From positions 1-58,002 of IMG/VR virus record IMGVR_UViG_3300032322_001610: a stretch of 58,002 nt of DNA; one strand, 5' to 3'. The stretch's first letter is position 1. Each line of letters begins with the position of its first letter. Below are positions 19,399 through 29,630 of this stretch, piece after piece. Both the position numbers and the translations under genes were made by a program. The stretch is from a virus (lineage: Duplodnaviria; Caudoviricetes). The notes under the pieces were generated by a model, which searched no databases, had not been told where the DNA came from, and saw only the letters and a program-made list of their open reading frames with translations.

Positions 19399-21014
19399 TG
19401 CCGAGTACATATACAGCGAATAACGCCCTCACGTTGCAAGCGTTCAACGAGAACCCCTCGACCTGGGGAACGATTGCCAACACTGTATTCAGCCTGATCG
19501 ACGCCTCTCTCGACGGAGTGGAGGCGATTGACGCCTCCGGTTCCGGGGCGACCGCCACGCTGACGATTACGGACGGAGCGGATGCGCCGGCGCGGGCTCG
19601 GGTGCTGAATTTCACGGGAGCCAGAACCGTCACCGATATCACGGTTACGATTGGCCCGAATACGGCTGAGAAGATCTACTGGGTGAAGAACTCCACGACG
19701 GGCGGATTCAGCGTGATCCTGGCCCAGGGGAGCGGAAGCACCGTCACCATCGCTCCGGGCGCGTGGGCCCTTGTGTTTCTGAACGGAGCCGGGAGCGGGG
19801 CCAGCGTGACTACGCTGACCAGCCTATCCTTGGCGGGGTCTGCGTCTGGCATGACCACCGTCCAGCCGTCCGCTGCCGCGTCTGGCACCCTTACGCTCCC
19901 TGCTGCGACCGACACGCTGGTAGGCAGGGCGACTACGGACACGCTGACCAACAAGACGCTGACCTCTCCGACGCTGGTTACTCCGATTCTGGGCACGCCG
20001 ACTTCGGGGACTCTGACGAGCTGTACGGGGCTGCCGATTTCGACGGGGGTTTCCGGTCTGGCGACGGGTGTTGCCGCTTTCCTGGCGACGCCGACCTCGG
20101 CGAACCTGGCGGCGGCGCTGACGGACGAAACGGGTAGCGGCGCCAACGTGTTTGCGACCTCTCCGACTATCGCCACGCCGACAATTACCACCAGCGCCAC
20201 GGCTCCTCTCGTCATTGGCGGGACTGGGACGACATCGACATTGGCCCTGCGTTCGACATCGGGTGTTGGTACAACGGGAGCGGACATCATTTTCCAGACC
20301 GGGAACAATGGCGCGACAGAAGCCATGCGGATCCTGAATGGGGGCAACGTTGGCATAGCGAATTCAAGTCCAGCGCACACATTAGACGTGACCGGGACGA
20401 GCAGATGCACCGGAAGGTCATTAGCGTCCTTCGGCGTGTTTTCTGGTACCCTATCGACCTATGACGCCTCCGCTGGAGCGGTATATGTTGGCTTCGCCAG
20501 TGGAGGATACATCCGGTCGGTCAGTAACAATGCTGGCGCGGCCTCAAGCCTTGGGTTCCAAATCGACAACGCTGGCACCAATAGAATCTTCATTGACACC
20601 GCCGGGAACGTCGGGGTTGGGTTGACCTCCATAAGCTATCAATTTCAGGTAGGCACCGATTCTGCCGCCAAGCCATCGACAAATACTTGGACCATCGCCT
20701 CGGACGCTCGACTGAAAACCGTTAAGGGCGAATACACGAAAGGGCTTACGGAGATCTGCCAAATTCGTCCGGTGCGATATGAGTACAACGGCAAGGGCGG
20801 CTTCGATGCTGACGGGAAAGAACAGATTTCAATTCTAGCGCAAGAATTGATGCAGGTGTTTCCTGAATGCGTTGGCACATTCAGGGGCAAGCTAACCGAG
20901 AAAGGCCCCGAAACCGATCTCTACAACTACAACGGACACGCGATCACCTTCGCCCTCATTAACGCAATCAAAGAGTTAAAGGCTGAGATTGATCTACTGA
21001 AAGCGGCACAATAA
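19398..21014 (+). CDS. Tail fibre with C-terminal intramolecular chaperone (peptidase S74-type)
   Basis: T/G/S-rich shaft, [10 protein letters not shown]; SDARLK...IRPVRYEY...LAQE...[12 protein letters not shown]. Confidence 0.85.
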   Translation: MPSTYTANNALTLQAFNENPSTWGTIANTVFSLIDASLDGVEAIDASGSGATATLTITDGADAPARARVLNFTGARTVTDITVTIGPNTAEKIYWVKNSTTGGFSVILAQGSGSTVTIAPGAWALVFLNGAGSGASVTTLTSLSLAGSASGMTTVQPSAAASGTLTLPAATDTLVGRATTDTLTNKTLTSPTLVTPILGTPTSGTLTSCTGLPISTGVSGLATGVAAFLATPTSANLAAALTDETGSGANVFATSPTIATPTITTSATAPLVIGGTGTTSTLALRSTSGVGTTGADIIFQTGNNGATEAMRILNGGNVGIANSSPAHTLDVTGTSRCTGRSLASFGVFSGTLSTYDASAGAVYVGFASGGYIRSVSNNAGAASSLGFQIDNAGTNRIFIDTAGNVGVGLTSISYQFQVGTDSAAKPSTNTWTIASDARLKTVKGEYTKGLTEICQIRPVRYEYNGKGGFDADGKEQISILAQELMQVFPECVGTFRGKLTEKGPETDLYNYNGHAITFALINAIKELKAEIDLLKAAQ

Positions 21015-21030
21015 ACAACAGGAGACCAAT

Positions 21031-21462
21031 ATGTTTCTAGACGCAGTTAAAGCAAGTTTCATTGCCCAAGGCCATGCGATGGCGAATCACTTCAATACGG
21101 AGAACGAGAAGCAGTTTCTCGAAGCCGCGAAGAACTGGGCACTCAACGGCGGCGGCGAGAACCAGCCGAGGCCAGCCGAAGCCGTCGAGGCGCAGTTCGA
21201 TTTCGAGGGGCTGTGGAGCATGACCCTAGAGCCCGCCGGCCGCCCCGTGTCGACGCTGGACCCGAAGACGCTCCTGCCAACCCACGGCACCGATGAGAAT
21301 GCTATCGGCGGCCCGGTCGGTGGCCCGATTCCTGGGCAGCCTGGGCGCTTCTACGCCGCCTCGAATGCGACCCCCTGGCTGGGGCAGATCGTGATCATCG
21401 ACGGCAAGCGGTACCTGTACACCGCGATCACGCCGTTCAACCGCGCCTGGGAGGTGCTGTAA
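21031..21462 (+). CDS. Hypothetical protein
   Basis: SD AGGAG; 143 aa. Confidence 0.75.
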   Translation: MFLDAVKASFIAQGHAMANHFNTENEKQFLEAAKNWALNGGGENQPRPAEAVEAQFDFEGLWSMTLEPAGRPVSTLDPKTLLPTHGTDENAIGGPVGGPIPGQPGRFYAASNATPWLGQIVIIDGKRYLYTAITPFNRAWEVL

Positions 21463-21776
21463 TGTGGAGCTGGCTGAAAAAAGTCGTGAACTACGGCGTG
21501 CCGATTGCCGTGCAACTGGTCCCCGGAGCGTTTCGCCCGGTGGCTGACGTCGTCTACAACGGCGTGCGGAACGCAGAAATGGCGGGAGGCACGGGGCCTG
21601 AAAAGCTGTCGTGCGCCATGCGGTATATCACCATGGCGATCCCCGCCGTCGCGTTGCTGCTGCGGCGAATAACTGGCAAGGAGGTCGTGAACGAACAGGC
21701 TCTGGTCGAGGCGCTTGCACACCTTGCTGAGTTCTTCGTTCTGATCGAGAAGGCGGTTGGGGTTAAGCCGTCGTGA
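21462..21776 (+). CDS. Hypothetical hydrophobic protein in lysis region
   Basis: 104 aa; TGPEKL motif; overlaps holin start. Confidence 0.65.
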   Translation: MWSWLKKVVNYGVPIAVQLVPGAFRPVADVVYNGVRNAEMAGGTGPEKLSCAMRYITMAIPAVALLLRRITGKEVVNEQALVEALAHLAEFFVLIEKAVGVKPS

Positions 21777-22150
21777 AGAAGGCAATCGCGGCCATTCCTG
21801 GCCTGATTCTGGGGGCAATCTATTCGATGCCGACGTTGTTATGGGGGCTCCTTGGCCTCCAGGTCGTCGACTTCGCAACCGGATTTCTCGTTGCGTGGTC
21901 CACGGGCGCGGTGTCGTCCGATGTCAGCCGCAAGGGCTTCGTCAAGAAGACCGTTGCGCTGCTGCTGATCGTAGCATTGCAGATCGCCGAGTCGGTTCAC
22001 CCGATGCCGTTCGAGTTATCGGCGTATGTGGCCGGCTGGTTCTGCTTGACGGAACTGATTTCCATCATGGAAAACTGCGGAAAGGCTGGCCTGCCCCTTC
22101 CGCAAAAACTAACGAACGTACTGGCGCAACTTCAGGACGAAAAAAAGTGA
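21773..22150 (+). CDS. Phage holin (holin_4-like)
   Basis: DFATG, SS...RKGFVKK, ELISIMEN..KAGLPLP; three hydrophobic segments. Confidence 0.85.
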   Translation: MKKAIAAIPGLILGAIYSMPTLLWGLLGLQVVDFATGFLVAWSTGAVSSDVSRKGFVKKTVALLLIVALQIAESVHPMPFELSAYVAGWFCLTELISIMENCGKAGLPLPQKLTNVLAQLQDEKK

Positions 22151-23004
22151 ACTGGACGATAACCCGCACCGACAAACAGTGCGTGGATATCGACTTTGAC
22201 TGCTCTCAGTCCAAGAACGTATCGGTGTTGCTACTCGCCGATGAACACGCTGACAATGCCCATTCCGATCTCGCGCTGATCCGCAAGCACCACGCGGAAG
22301 CCGTTGCGCTCGGCGCGCCGATATTGAAGTTCGGGGACACCTTTTGCGCAATGGAAGGCAAGTGGGACCGGCGCGCCAGTGATTCTGCCTTGCGGCCGGA
22401 GATGCGTGGCGGAAACTATTTAGACAAGCTGGTTTCGTTTCACACCGACCTGTACCTACCCTACGCAAAAAACATCGCCGTCCTCAGTGACGGCAACCAC
22501 GAAAGCTCGATCTTGAAGCACCACCAGACGGATCTGCTGGAGCGCCTGACGCAAAACCTACGCACGTTTGGCGCCCCTTGCGAGCATATGCCATTTACCG
22601 GCTTCGTCCGGTTCAAGTTCGACTTGGGGAATCGGCATCGCGACTCGAAGACGCTTCACTACCACCACGGCTACGGCGGCGGCGGCGAGATCACGAGGGG
22701 GATGATCGACAACTCGCGCACGCGAGGCCAGTACTCGGCCGACATCTACATCAGCGGCCACATCCACAGGCGCAACAGCGACGAGAACGTCATGCTCGGC
22801 GTCAATTCGAGGGGGCACGTGGTGCAGCAACCCCAGCTATTTCTTCGCGCCGGGACGTACAAGCGCGAGGAGATGGGTGGGTCAGGGTATCACGCGGAGA
22901 AGGGCCGCTCAGCCAGGCCAGTGGGTGGTTGGTGGTTGGACTTCGAGCTATCCAGAGACCGAAACAATACGTTCGTTGATGTCAATTACCGATCCGCAAA
23001 ATGA
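22147..23004 (+). CDS. Calcineurin-like metallophosphoesterase
   Basis: DEH, GD, GNHE, HHG, GHIH motifs; GTG start overlapping holin stop. Confidence 0.85.
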   Translation: MNWTITRTDKQCVDIDFDCSQSKNVSVLLLADEHADNAHSDLALIRKHHAEAVALGAPILKFGDTFCAMEGKWDRRASDSALRPEMRGGNYLDKLVSFHTDLYLPYAKNIAVLSDGNHESSILKHHQTDLLERLTQNLRTFGAPCEHMPFTGFVRFKFDLGNRHRDSKTLHYHHGYGGGGEITRGMIDNSRTRGQYSADIYISGHIHRRNSDENVMLGVNSRGHVVQQPQLFLRAGTYKREEMGGSGYHAEKGRSARPVGGWWLDFELSRDRNNTFVDVNYRSAK

Positions 23005-23261
23005 AAACTCTACTATTCCTTATCGTTGCCCTGCCGCTTGTTGCTGAAGAGAAACTCTCGAAGCAAGAGCAGCTCGAGATCGAACTCGCTAGCGTCAAGC
23101 TGGAGAACATCGCCCTGCGTTCGCAGATCATGAGGACGCAGGAGGCGGAACTTCAGAAGTCCGTCCAAGCCATCTTTGAGGCCGCCTGCAAACGCGCCGG
23201 CCTCGAAGTCACCGCCTGCCAGTACGACCCCAAGACGCAGAGCGTAACCGCCAAAAAATAA
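23001..23261 (+). CDS. Small protein with signal-peptide-like N-terminus and coiled coil
   Basis: MKTLLFLIVALPLVA|EE; C-terminal Cys pair. Confidence 0.7.
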   Translation: MKTLLFLIVALPLVAEEKLSKQEQLEIELASVKLENIALRSQIMRTQEAELQKSVQAIFEAACKRAGLEVTACQYDPKTQSVTAKK

Positions 23262-25165
23262 TGCCCTTCAAGAAAATCCAGCTTCGCCCAGGAATCGTTC
23301 GGGACGTAACCAACTTCTCAAACGAGGGCGGCTGGTACGACTGCGATAAGGTCCGCTTTCGTATGGGCATGCCGGAGTCGATTGGGGGGTGGATTGAACT
23401 CCTTAACGGGGGATCGACCAATAATCCGCTGCAAACGACCTATGGCGTCTGCCGGTGCCTACACCAGTGGACAACCCTCGCCGGCCAGCAGTTCACCGCA
23501 ATCGGGACAGACAAGAAGCTGCTGCTGCTGAATCAGGCCACGGTCTCCAACATCACCCCGGTGGGGTCGCCAATAGCATTGACGAGCAATCCGCTCAGGA
23601 TGCTCCAGGCACCAGGGATAGGACCGCCCGCCTCGAACTCCCTCCGCGTTGATCACATCGGACATGGCAGGGTCAGCGGAGATTCCGTTATCCTCTCTGG
23701 ATCTACTTCGTTTGGCGGTTTCTCTGCTGGCGATATCAACAAGGAATTCCAGATCGAGGTCATCGATGCCGACAAATACGCAATCTATCTGTCCACTACA
23801 GTTCCCTATATCAAGGGAAGCGGCGGCGGATCGTCAGTAGTCGCGACGTATGAGATACCTATCGGTTCGGCGAGTAACTCTTTCGTCTCCGGCGGATGGG
23901 GTGTCGGAACATGGGGACAGGGAACGTGGGGCACCCCCCGGAGTGGCCTGGAGTCCGGTATTCGCATCTGGTCTATCGACAACTTCGGCGAGGATCTCGT
24001 GGCCGCCATCATCGGCGGGAAGATCTACTACTGGGATGCGTCGGCTGGAGTTGGGTCGCGTGCGGTTGAACTTTCGAGCATCGCGGGAAGCAACCAGTGC
24101 CCGACCATCAACTCCGCCGGCATTGCGGTTTCCGAAGGCGACCGCCATCTCCTCGTGTTCGGCTCGAATGAGGTCGGGTCCGCTACCGCTGACCCTCTTT
24201 TGATCCGATGGGGGAACCAGGAAAGCCTCGTCGAGTGGGAGCCGCGACGCGATACCACGGCAGGCGGCTTGCGGGTTTCTGCTGGGTCGAGGATCATCGC
24301 ACAGACCAGAGGGCGACAGGAGACCGTCATCTGGACCGACATCGGCATCAACGCGCTGACGTTCGTCGGGCCTCCGTATACGTTCGGGCTAAATACCACC
24401 GCGCAGAGCGTCTCCATCGTGGGCCCCAACGCCGTCATTGAGGCGCGGAATCAGCTGTACTGGATGGACCTGAACGCCTTCCGGTTCTACAACGGCAGTG
24501 TCAACTCCCTCCCTTGCACGGTCCAGTCCTACGTCTTCGATAACTTCAACTGGTTCCAACGGGCGAAGGTCTGCGCCGGCCACAACTCGCGATTCAACGA
24601 GGTGTGGTGGTGGTACCCGTCAGCAGACTCAATCGAGAACAACCGATACGTCGCGTACAACTATGTCGACAACTACTGGATCATTGGGTCCATGTCTAGA
24701 ACGGCGTGGCTTGACTCCTCGTTCAACGGATATCCCATCGCGTGGGGGGTGGAGATCAACCAGTACAGATTATTCCAGCACGAAATCGGAGTCAATCGGG
24801 TACTCAGGACTCTATCGGGAAATCTCCAGGCATATTCCCTTGATTCGCATGTCGAAGGATCGGACCTCACGCTTCTGGACGGAGAATCGTTCGCGTTCAT
24901 CAGCCGGATCGCTCCCGACTTCAGCAAAACCGGGGTATCAAGCAACGGGCCCGTGGTCTTCGAGATCAAGGAGCGCAACTTTCCGCAGAACGCCTCGGCA
25001 ACCGGATTCAGCGGGGCACTCGTCTCCACCTCAGACCCGAAAGAACTTTTCGTCCGGGTCCGCACCAGGCAGTTTGCCCTTCGAGTATCCTCGAACACGG
25101 TCGATCTGGGCTGGCGTCTCGGCACGACGCGCTTTGACATCCGCGAGGATGGGCGCAAGCAGTGA
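23261..25165 (+). CDS. Putative tail nozzle/stabilisation protein
   Basis: EGGWYDCDKVRFR, WSIDNFGEDL, FNEVWWWYPS, DGR C-terminus; beta-rich. Confidence 0.75.
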   Translation: MPFKKIQLRPGIVRDVTNFSNEGGWYDCDKVRFRMGMPESIGGWIELLNGGSTNNPLQTTYGVCRCLHQWTTLAGQQFTAIGTDKKLLLLNQATVSNITPVGSPIALTSNPLRMLQAPGIGPPASNSLRVDHIGHGRVSGDSVILSGSTSFGGFSAGDINKEFQIEVIDADKYAIYLSTTVPYIKGSGGGSSVVATYEIPIGSASNSFVSGGWGVGTWGQGTWGTPRSGLESGIRIWSIDNFGEDLVAAIIGGKIYYWDASAGVGSRAVELSSIAGSNQCPTINSAGIAVSEGDRHLLVFGSNEVGSATADPLLIRWGNQESLVEWEPRRDTTAGGLRVSAGSRIIAQTRGRQETVIWTDIGINALTFVGPPYTFGLNTTAQSVSIVGPNAVIEARNQLYWMDLNAFRFYNGSVNSLPCTVQSYVFDNFNWFQRAKVCAGHNSRFNEVWWWYPSADSIENNRYVAYNYVDNYWIIGSMSRTAWLDSSFNGYPIAWGVEINQYRLFQHEIGVNRVLRTLSGNLQAYSLDSHVEGSDLTLLDGESFAFISRIAPDFSKTGVSSNGPVVFEIKERNFPQNASATGFSGALVSTSDPKELFVRVRTRQFALRVSSNTVDLGWRLGTTRFDIREDGRKQ

Positions 25166-25458
25166 ACCGTCACTACCGAATCAAGCCGGTTGACATCCCG
25201 CCAAAGGATTGGTCCGACCAGGACATCTCGAAGGCATTTCAGATCGTCAATCAGATTATAATCAATTTATACAACCCCGGCGACGTAGTCGCTGCATCCC
25301 TGCGGTTCATTGGCGCCGCGGAATCTGGATATGGACTCGACATCGGTCAGGTCTACGTCGATGCGAATGGGTTCCTGAAGATTGTGCGCGAGGGAGAGGC
25401 GTTTGCTCCGTCCTTCTCCATGGTCGTCACGATAGGAACCGTGACCGTCACCAGTTAA
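25162..25458 (+). CDS. Hypothetical virion protein
   Basis: 98 aa; GQVYVD..GFLKIV. Confidence 0.7.
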   Translation: MNRHYRIKPVDIPPKDWSDQDISKAFQIVNQIIINLYNPGDVVAASLRFIGAAESGYGLDIGQVYVDANGFLKIVREGEAFAPSFSMVVTIGTVTVTS

Positions 25459-25468
25459 AGGGGAATCC

Positions 25469-26251
25469 ATGCCAATACCGTTCTTAATTCCGCTCCTGAC
25501 TACGCTTGCGTCCTCGTTGGGGGCCAAGGTCATTGCCGACAAGATCTCCAGCGGCAAGAAAAAAGACTCCGACGTCCCAGCCTCTGAGGCCCGTAAGTAC
25601 GTCGATGCCCTCTATGCTCGACGTAAGCAGCAAGCCGACGAGCGCGGGTTCCCGATCATCAACCTGGAGAGCATGGCTCCGCCCCCGAATCTCCTGGGCG
25701 TCGAGCAGCAGCAGTTCTCCCCCGTGGGCGTTGCCCCGATGGGCATCGGCGCACTCTCGCAGCGACTGGCCCAGGGTGGCATCCCCGGCATACCCGGCAT
25801 CCCCAGCGCCCCCGGCATGGAGCCGGAAGAGGATCAGCGGGATTCCGTGTTCTCGAACGCAATTGACGCGCTGCGCGGCGACAGCGACGACCCTCAAAAG
25901 GCGTTCAACGAGTTTACCCGCATGTATGGCGTCGAGGCATTGCGCTCTCTTAGCGAGGACGCCGGCACGCCGGAAGCACCGCTCCAGAAAATGCTGGGCG
26001 GTGGCAAGATCATGGGGCCTGGCGCGGGGATGGACGACATGATCACCGGATCCATCGGCGGCAACCAGAAGGTCCTGCTGTCCGATGGCGAGTTCGTCGT
26101 CCCCGCTGACGTGGTCAGTGGCCTGGGCGATGGCAGCAGCGAGGCTGGATCGCGGGAACTCTACGCCATGATGGACCGGGTTCGCAAGCGGCGCACCGGA
26201 ACCACGCGGCAGCCGAAGAAATTGAAGAAGGGGGCGGCACTGCCGGCTTAA
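25469..26251 (+). CDS. Putative internal virion protein
   Basis: GPG.G.DD.I...LSDGEFVVPADVVSGLGDGSSEAG motif. Confidence 0.7.
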   Translation: MPIPFLIPLLTTLASSLGAKVIADKISSGKKKDSDVPASEARKYVDALYARRKQQADERGFPIINLESMAPPPNLLGVEQQQFSPVGVAPMGIGALSQRLAQGGIPGIPGIPSAPGMEPEEDQRDSVFSNAIDALRGDSDDPQKAFNEFTRMYGVEALRSLSEDAGTPEAPLQKMLGGGKIMGPGAGMDDMITGSIGGNQKVLLSDGEFVVPADVVSGLGDGSSEAGSRELYAMMDRVRKRRTGTTRQPKKLKKGAALPA

Positions 26252-26252
26252 T

Positions 26253-29200
26253 ATGCCTGAACAGACCAGTCAGATCGTCATCAACGAACCATCCGCAGAC
26301 GTAAAGCCGTACCTCGAACTGCTGCGAAACGCGGCGTTCGGCCTCGTGTTCACTCCGCAGGCTATTCGGAATTCGCAGCTTCCCGGCGCGGCAAACCTGT
26401 GGGGGAATATCACGGCGCCTACGACGAACACCGTCCAGACGCCGACATCGTTGCCGTCGACCATCCAGGCCCCGATTGACGTGCCGTACAACGTCATCGA
26501 CCGTGATTCCAGCAGTGGCAGCCGCCTCGCGCAATCCGCAGCGGCGCTGGAGCGTGCATTTATGGATGCCGTCGGAAGACCGGCAAGCGGGACCGGGCGG
26601 TTCGCAGACGGCGGTCGCCTCTCGCAGTCGGCGAGTGACATCGAGCGAGGCATCGCGCAGTTCCTCTCTGACGTGAATCTCGGCGCTGGCGGATCTCCCA
26701 TCGGCGGGATGTATCCCGCGCTTCCCGTCTCTCCTCCTGCGCGGGTTCCCGTTCGCATCGGGACCGGGACGCAGGCCCCTCCTCCTCCGACTCCTCCCTC
26801 GGTAACGCCTCCCCCGACTTCGGTGGGCGGGGTGATCACGACCCCGCCGAGCGGGCCTCCGCTTGTTGTCGGGAACCCCAACCCCGTGATGCAGCCCCCG
26901 CAGGCGATTCCGGCCCCAGGGCCTCGCCCCAGCCAGCCCCAGCCACAGCCTCAGCCACAGCCCCAGCCTAGCTTCGGCGGCGCGGCTGCGGCCAACCAGA
27001 GCGCCTATGATCTGATGTTCAGCCGCAACCAGCCGGAGAACTTCGCCGGGGCAGCCGCCGCGCAGGCTGCTGGCTACAATCCGACCCAGTACGCCGACCG
27101 CAGCGTGGCCGATCAATTGGCGGCGCGTCTCGGCGGCGGCTTGACGTTCACAAATACCGGCGGTCCTATCGGACCTCCATCGCAGGCTACGTTGGATTTC
27201 GGTGGCGGGGCGCAACTGAACGCCGGATTGGTCCAGGACAGGATTCGGCGGGGCGAGATCGACGCCATCCGAGCGGAGATCCGCAATCTCGGCGGCACCG
27301 TCAACTTCGCCAAGGGCGGGACGGTGCGGGCGCAGCAGGGGCTCTTCGCGCCGACGAATAATCCGTTCGGGGGGCAGCGTGATAACCAATCCTCGCCCAC
27401 GCGCCTCTCGTCTTTGGGGACTACGACCGCCCCGGCCAATCCGTGGAGCGCATTCCCGGAGAGCCTGGTGCAGGCCACGGCGAGTCCAGCGACCACCCCG
27501 AATACGCAGGGACTTCCTCCCGGAACGAACACCTCGTTCTCCGTCCTGAATCCGTATCAGCGGTACGAACAGCAGAGGGTCCTCGGCATGGGAGGTGACT
27601 TCGGGCAGGTCGGCGCGAACAACCAGATCCAGGTATCGAACCTCACTCGCGCTGGTCTAGGCGGCCTTGGGCGGCTCCCCAGCTACTTCAACGAGTACGG
27701 TGACATACAGGCCGGTCGCGCCCCCAACGGGCAGGCGACCACCAACTTCGGCATCGCGAACGATGTGTTCGACGTGGCGGGGAATCAGGCCCTCTCGGCG
27801 GCGCAGAATGCCGACACGCTCTTCGGCAGGAACGACATCACCTCGACCTTCCAGGACACGATGCGGTACCTCCAGCAGAACCCGACGCAGTTTCAGGCGG
27901 GGGACATCACGCTGGGACAGCTTGAAGCGCCGCAGCTAAACGCGCCGACCGGGATCTCTCCCTCGCAACTGACCAGCTACCAGATGGCAGGGCCGCGGTT
28001 GGTTGATACGTCCGTATCCAACATAAACCCCCTCGCAGTCCAGGGCGAGAGCATCACCGGGCTACCGCAGCTAACCAGCTACCAGATGGCGGGACCGGAG
28101 CGAATCGGTACATCGGACCTCTCCATCAACCCGATGGCGGTCACCGGGCAGCGCATCCGCGACATCAATGCCACGAACGCCGGGATGCAGGTCCAGGGCG
28201 AGGGGTATCAGGCAAGTACGATGAGTGGCCCCAGCCGCTTCATCGACGCAAACAATCCGCAGTCGTACATGAGCCCCTACCAGCGTGCGGTCATCGACAC
28301 GCAGCTCCAAGAGGCTCAACGTGGCTTCGAGGAGGATCGCGCCTCACGCAATGCCCGTGCCATCCAAGCCGGTGCGTTCGGCGGCTCCCGGCAGGCGGTG
28401 GCTGAATCCGCCGCGGCGCGGGACCTCGCGAACCAGCGCAACGCTATCGTTGCCAGCGGCATGCAGAGCGCGTTCGAGAACGCGCAGCAGCAGTTCGAGC
28501 GGGATCGCGCCGCCCAGATGCAGGCGCAGGCGCGGAATCAGGAGGCCATCAACCAGGCGTCTCAGTTCTCCGCTGCCAACCGGCAGGGCGCAGGGCTCGC
28601 CAACCAGGCCAACGCCCAAGCCTTCGGCCTCGCCAATCTCCAGGCGCTGCTCCAGACGCAGGAACTCGGAGCGCAACTCGGGCAGCAAGCCAACCTCGCC
28701 AACCAGCAGGCCATGATCGAAGCCGGTCGCGCCAACCAAGGGGTAACGCTCCAGGCCCGTCTCGCCAATCAGCAAGCCCAGCAGCAGGCAAACGAAAGGA
28801 ACCTAGCGGCTGCTCTCGGGGTCCAGGAACTCGGGGCCGGTCAGCAGTTCAACGCGCAGCAGTTGCGGGCGCAGTTCGGGCAACAGGCGAATCTTGCGAA
28901 TCAGCAGGCGTTCCTCGATGCCGCTCGGTCCAACCAGGGCGTCAACCTGCAATCGCAACTTGCGAACCAGCAGGCGCTCCAGCAGGCGAACGAGCGGAAT
29001 CTTGCGGCTGCCCTTGGCGTCCAGGAACTCGGGGCGCAGCAGCAGCTCGCCTCCCAGCAGGCCAACCAGCAGGCAGGTCTCACGGCGGGCCAGTCAAATC
29101 TGCAAGCCGCTCTCGCCACCCAGCAACTCGGGCGCACGTCGGGGCTCTCCGCGGCGCAGGCGAACCAGCAGACCCGGCTCGCGCAGAACCAAGCCCTCCT

Positions 29201-29624
29201 CGACGCCATGGCGCGGGCCGATCAGTTGCAGCAGCAGGCCGCCCAAGGCAACGTCGGGAATCGTCTCGCCGCCCTCGGCCAGCAGACGCAATCTGCGCTC
29301 GCCGCGAACCAGATTGGACAGTCGCGGGCAGACCTGCAACGGCTGGCGCAAGCGATGGAGCTCCAGAACCTCCAGGCGCTGCAAGCTGCGGGCGCAGGCG
29401 TCGACGCTCGGACCCAGCAGGCTCTCGACCTCGGCTACCAGGACTTCATCAACCAGCGGAACTTCCCGTACCAGCAACTCAACTGGCTCACGGGCCTCGT
29501 CAACAACATGCCGCAGTCGTTCAACCAGGAGCAGGTCCTGTTCAACCGGACGAACCCGCTCTCGCAGATCGCCGGCTTGGCGACGGCAGGACTCGGCGCT
29601 TTCAACGCATCGCGGCAGGGGTAA
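26253..29624 (+). CDS. Putative DNA ejection/pilot protein
   Basis: 1123 aa, Q/A/N-rich ANQQA repeats; YMSPY, GAFGGSRQAV, hydrophobic G/A end. Confidence 0.75.
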   Translation: MPEQTSQIVINEPSADVKPYLELLRNAAFGLVFTPQAIRNSQLPGAANLWGNITAPTTNTVQTPTSLPSTIQAPIDVPYNVIDRDSSSGSRLAQSAAALERAFMDAVGRPASGTGRFADGGRLSQSASDIERGIAQFLSDVNLGAGGSPIGGMYPALPVSPPARVPVRIGTGTQAPPPPTPPSVTPPPTSVGGVITTPPSGPPLVVGNPNPVMQPPQAIPAPGPRPSQPQPQPQPQPQPSFGGAAAANQSAYDLMFSRNQPENFAGAAAAQAAGYNPTQYADRSVADQLAARLGGGLTFTNTGGPIGPPSQATLDFGGGAQLNAGLVQDRIRRGEIDAIRAEIRNLGGTVNFAKGGTVRAQQGLFAPTNNPFGGQRDNQSSPTRLSSLGTTTAPANPWSAFPESLVQATASPATTPNTQGLPPGTNTSFSVLNPYQRYEQQRVLGMGGDFGQVGANNQIQVSNLTRAGLGGLGRLPSYFNEYGDIQAGRAPNGQATTNFGIANDVFDVAGNQALSAAQNADTLFGRNDITSTFQDTMRYLQQNPTQFQAGDITLGQLEAPQLNAPTGISPSQLTSYQMAGPRLVDTSVSNINPLAVQGESITGLPQLTSYQMAGPERIGTSDLSINPMAVTGQRIRDINATNAGMQVQGEGYQASTMSGPSRFIDANNPQSYMSPYQRAVIDTQLQEAQRGFEEDRASRNARAIQAGAFGGSRQAVAESAAARDLANQRNAIVASGMQSAFENAQQQFERDRAAQMQAQARNQEAINQASQFSAANRQGAGLANQANAQAFGLANLQALLQTQELGAQLGQQANLANQQAMIEAGRANQGVTLQARLANQQAQQQANERNLAAALGVQELGAGQQFNAQQLRAQFGQQANLANQQAFLDAARSNQGVNLQSQLANQQALQQANERNLAAALGVQELGAQQQLASQQANQQAGLTAGQSNLQAALATQQLGRTSGLSAAQANQQTRLAQNQALLDAMARADQLQQQAAQGNVGNRLAALGQQTQSALAANQIGQSRADLQRLAQAMELQNLQALQAAGAGVDARTQQALDLGYQDFINQRNFPYQQLNWLTGLVNNMPQSFNQEQVLFNRTNPLSQIAGLATAGLGAFNASRQG

Positions 29625-29630
29625 TAATCC

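Noticed and set aside
13977-21014. Diversity-generating retroelement or invertible fibre cassette
   Set aside because: No reverse transcriptase, template/variable repeat pair or flanking inverted sites seen
21757-22146. Long N-terminal extensions in the ORF track (also 49388-49669, 56218-56472)
   Set aside because: They overlap real neighbouring genes; GTGA-coupled starts at 22147, 49387 and 56217 fit better
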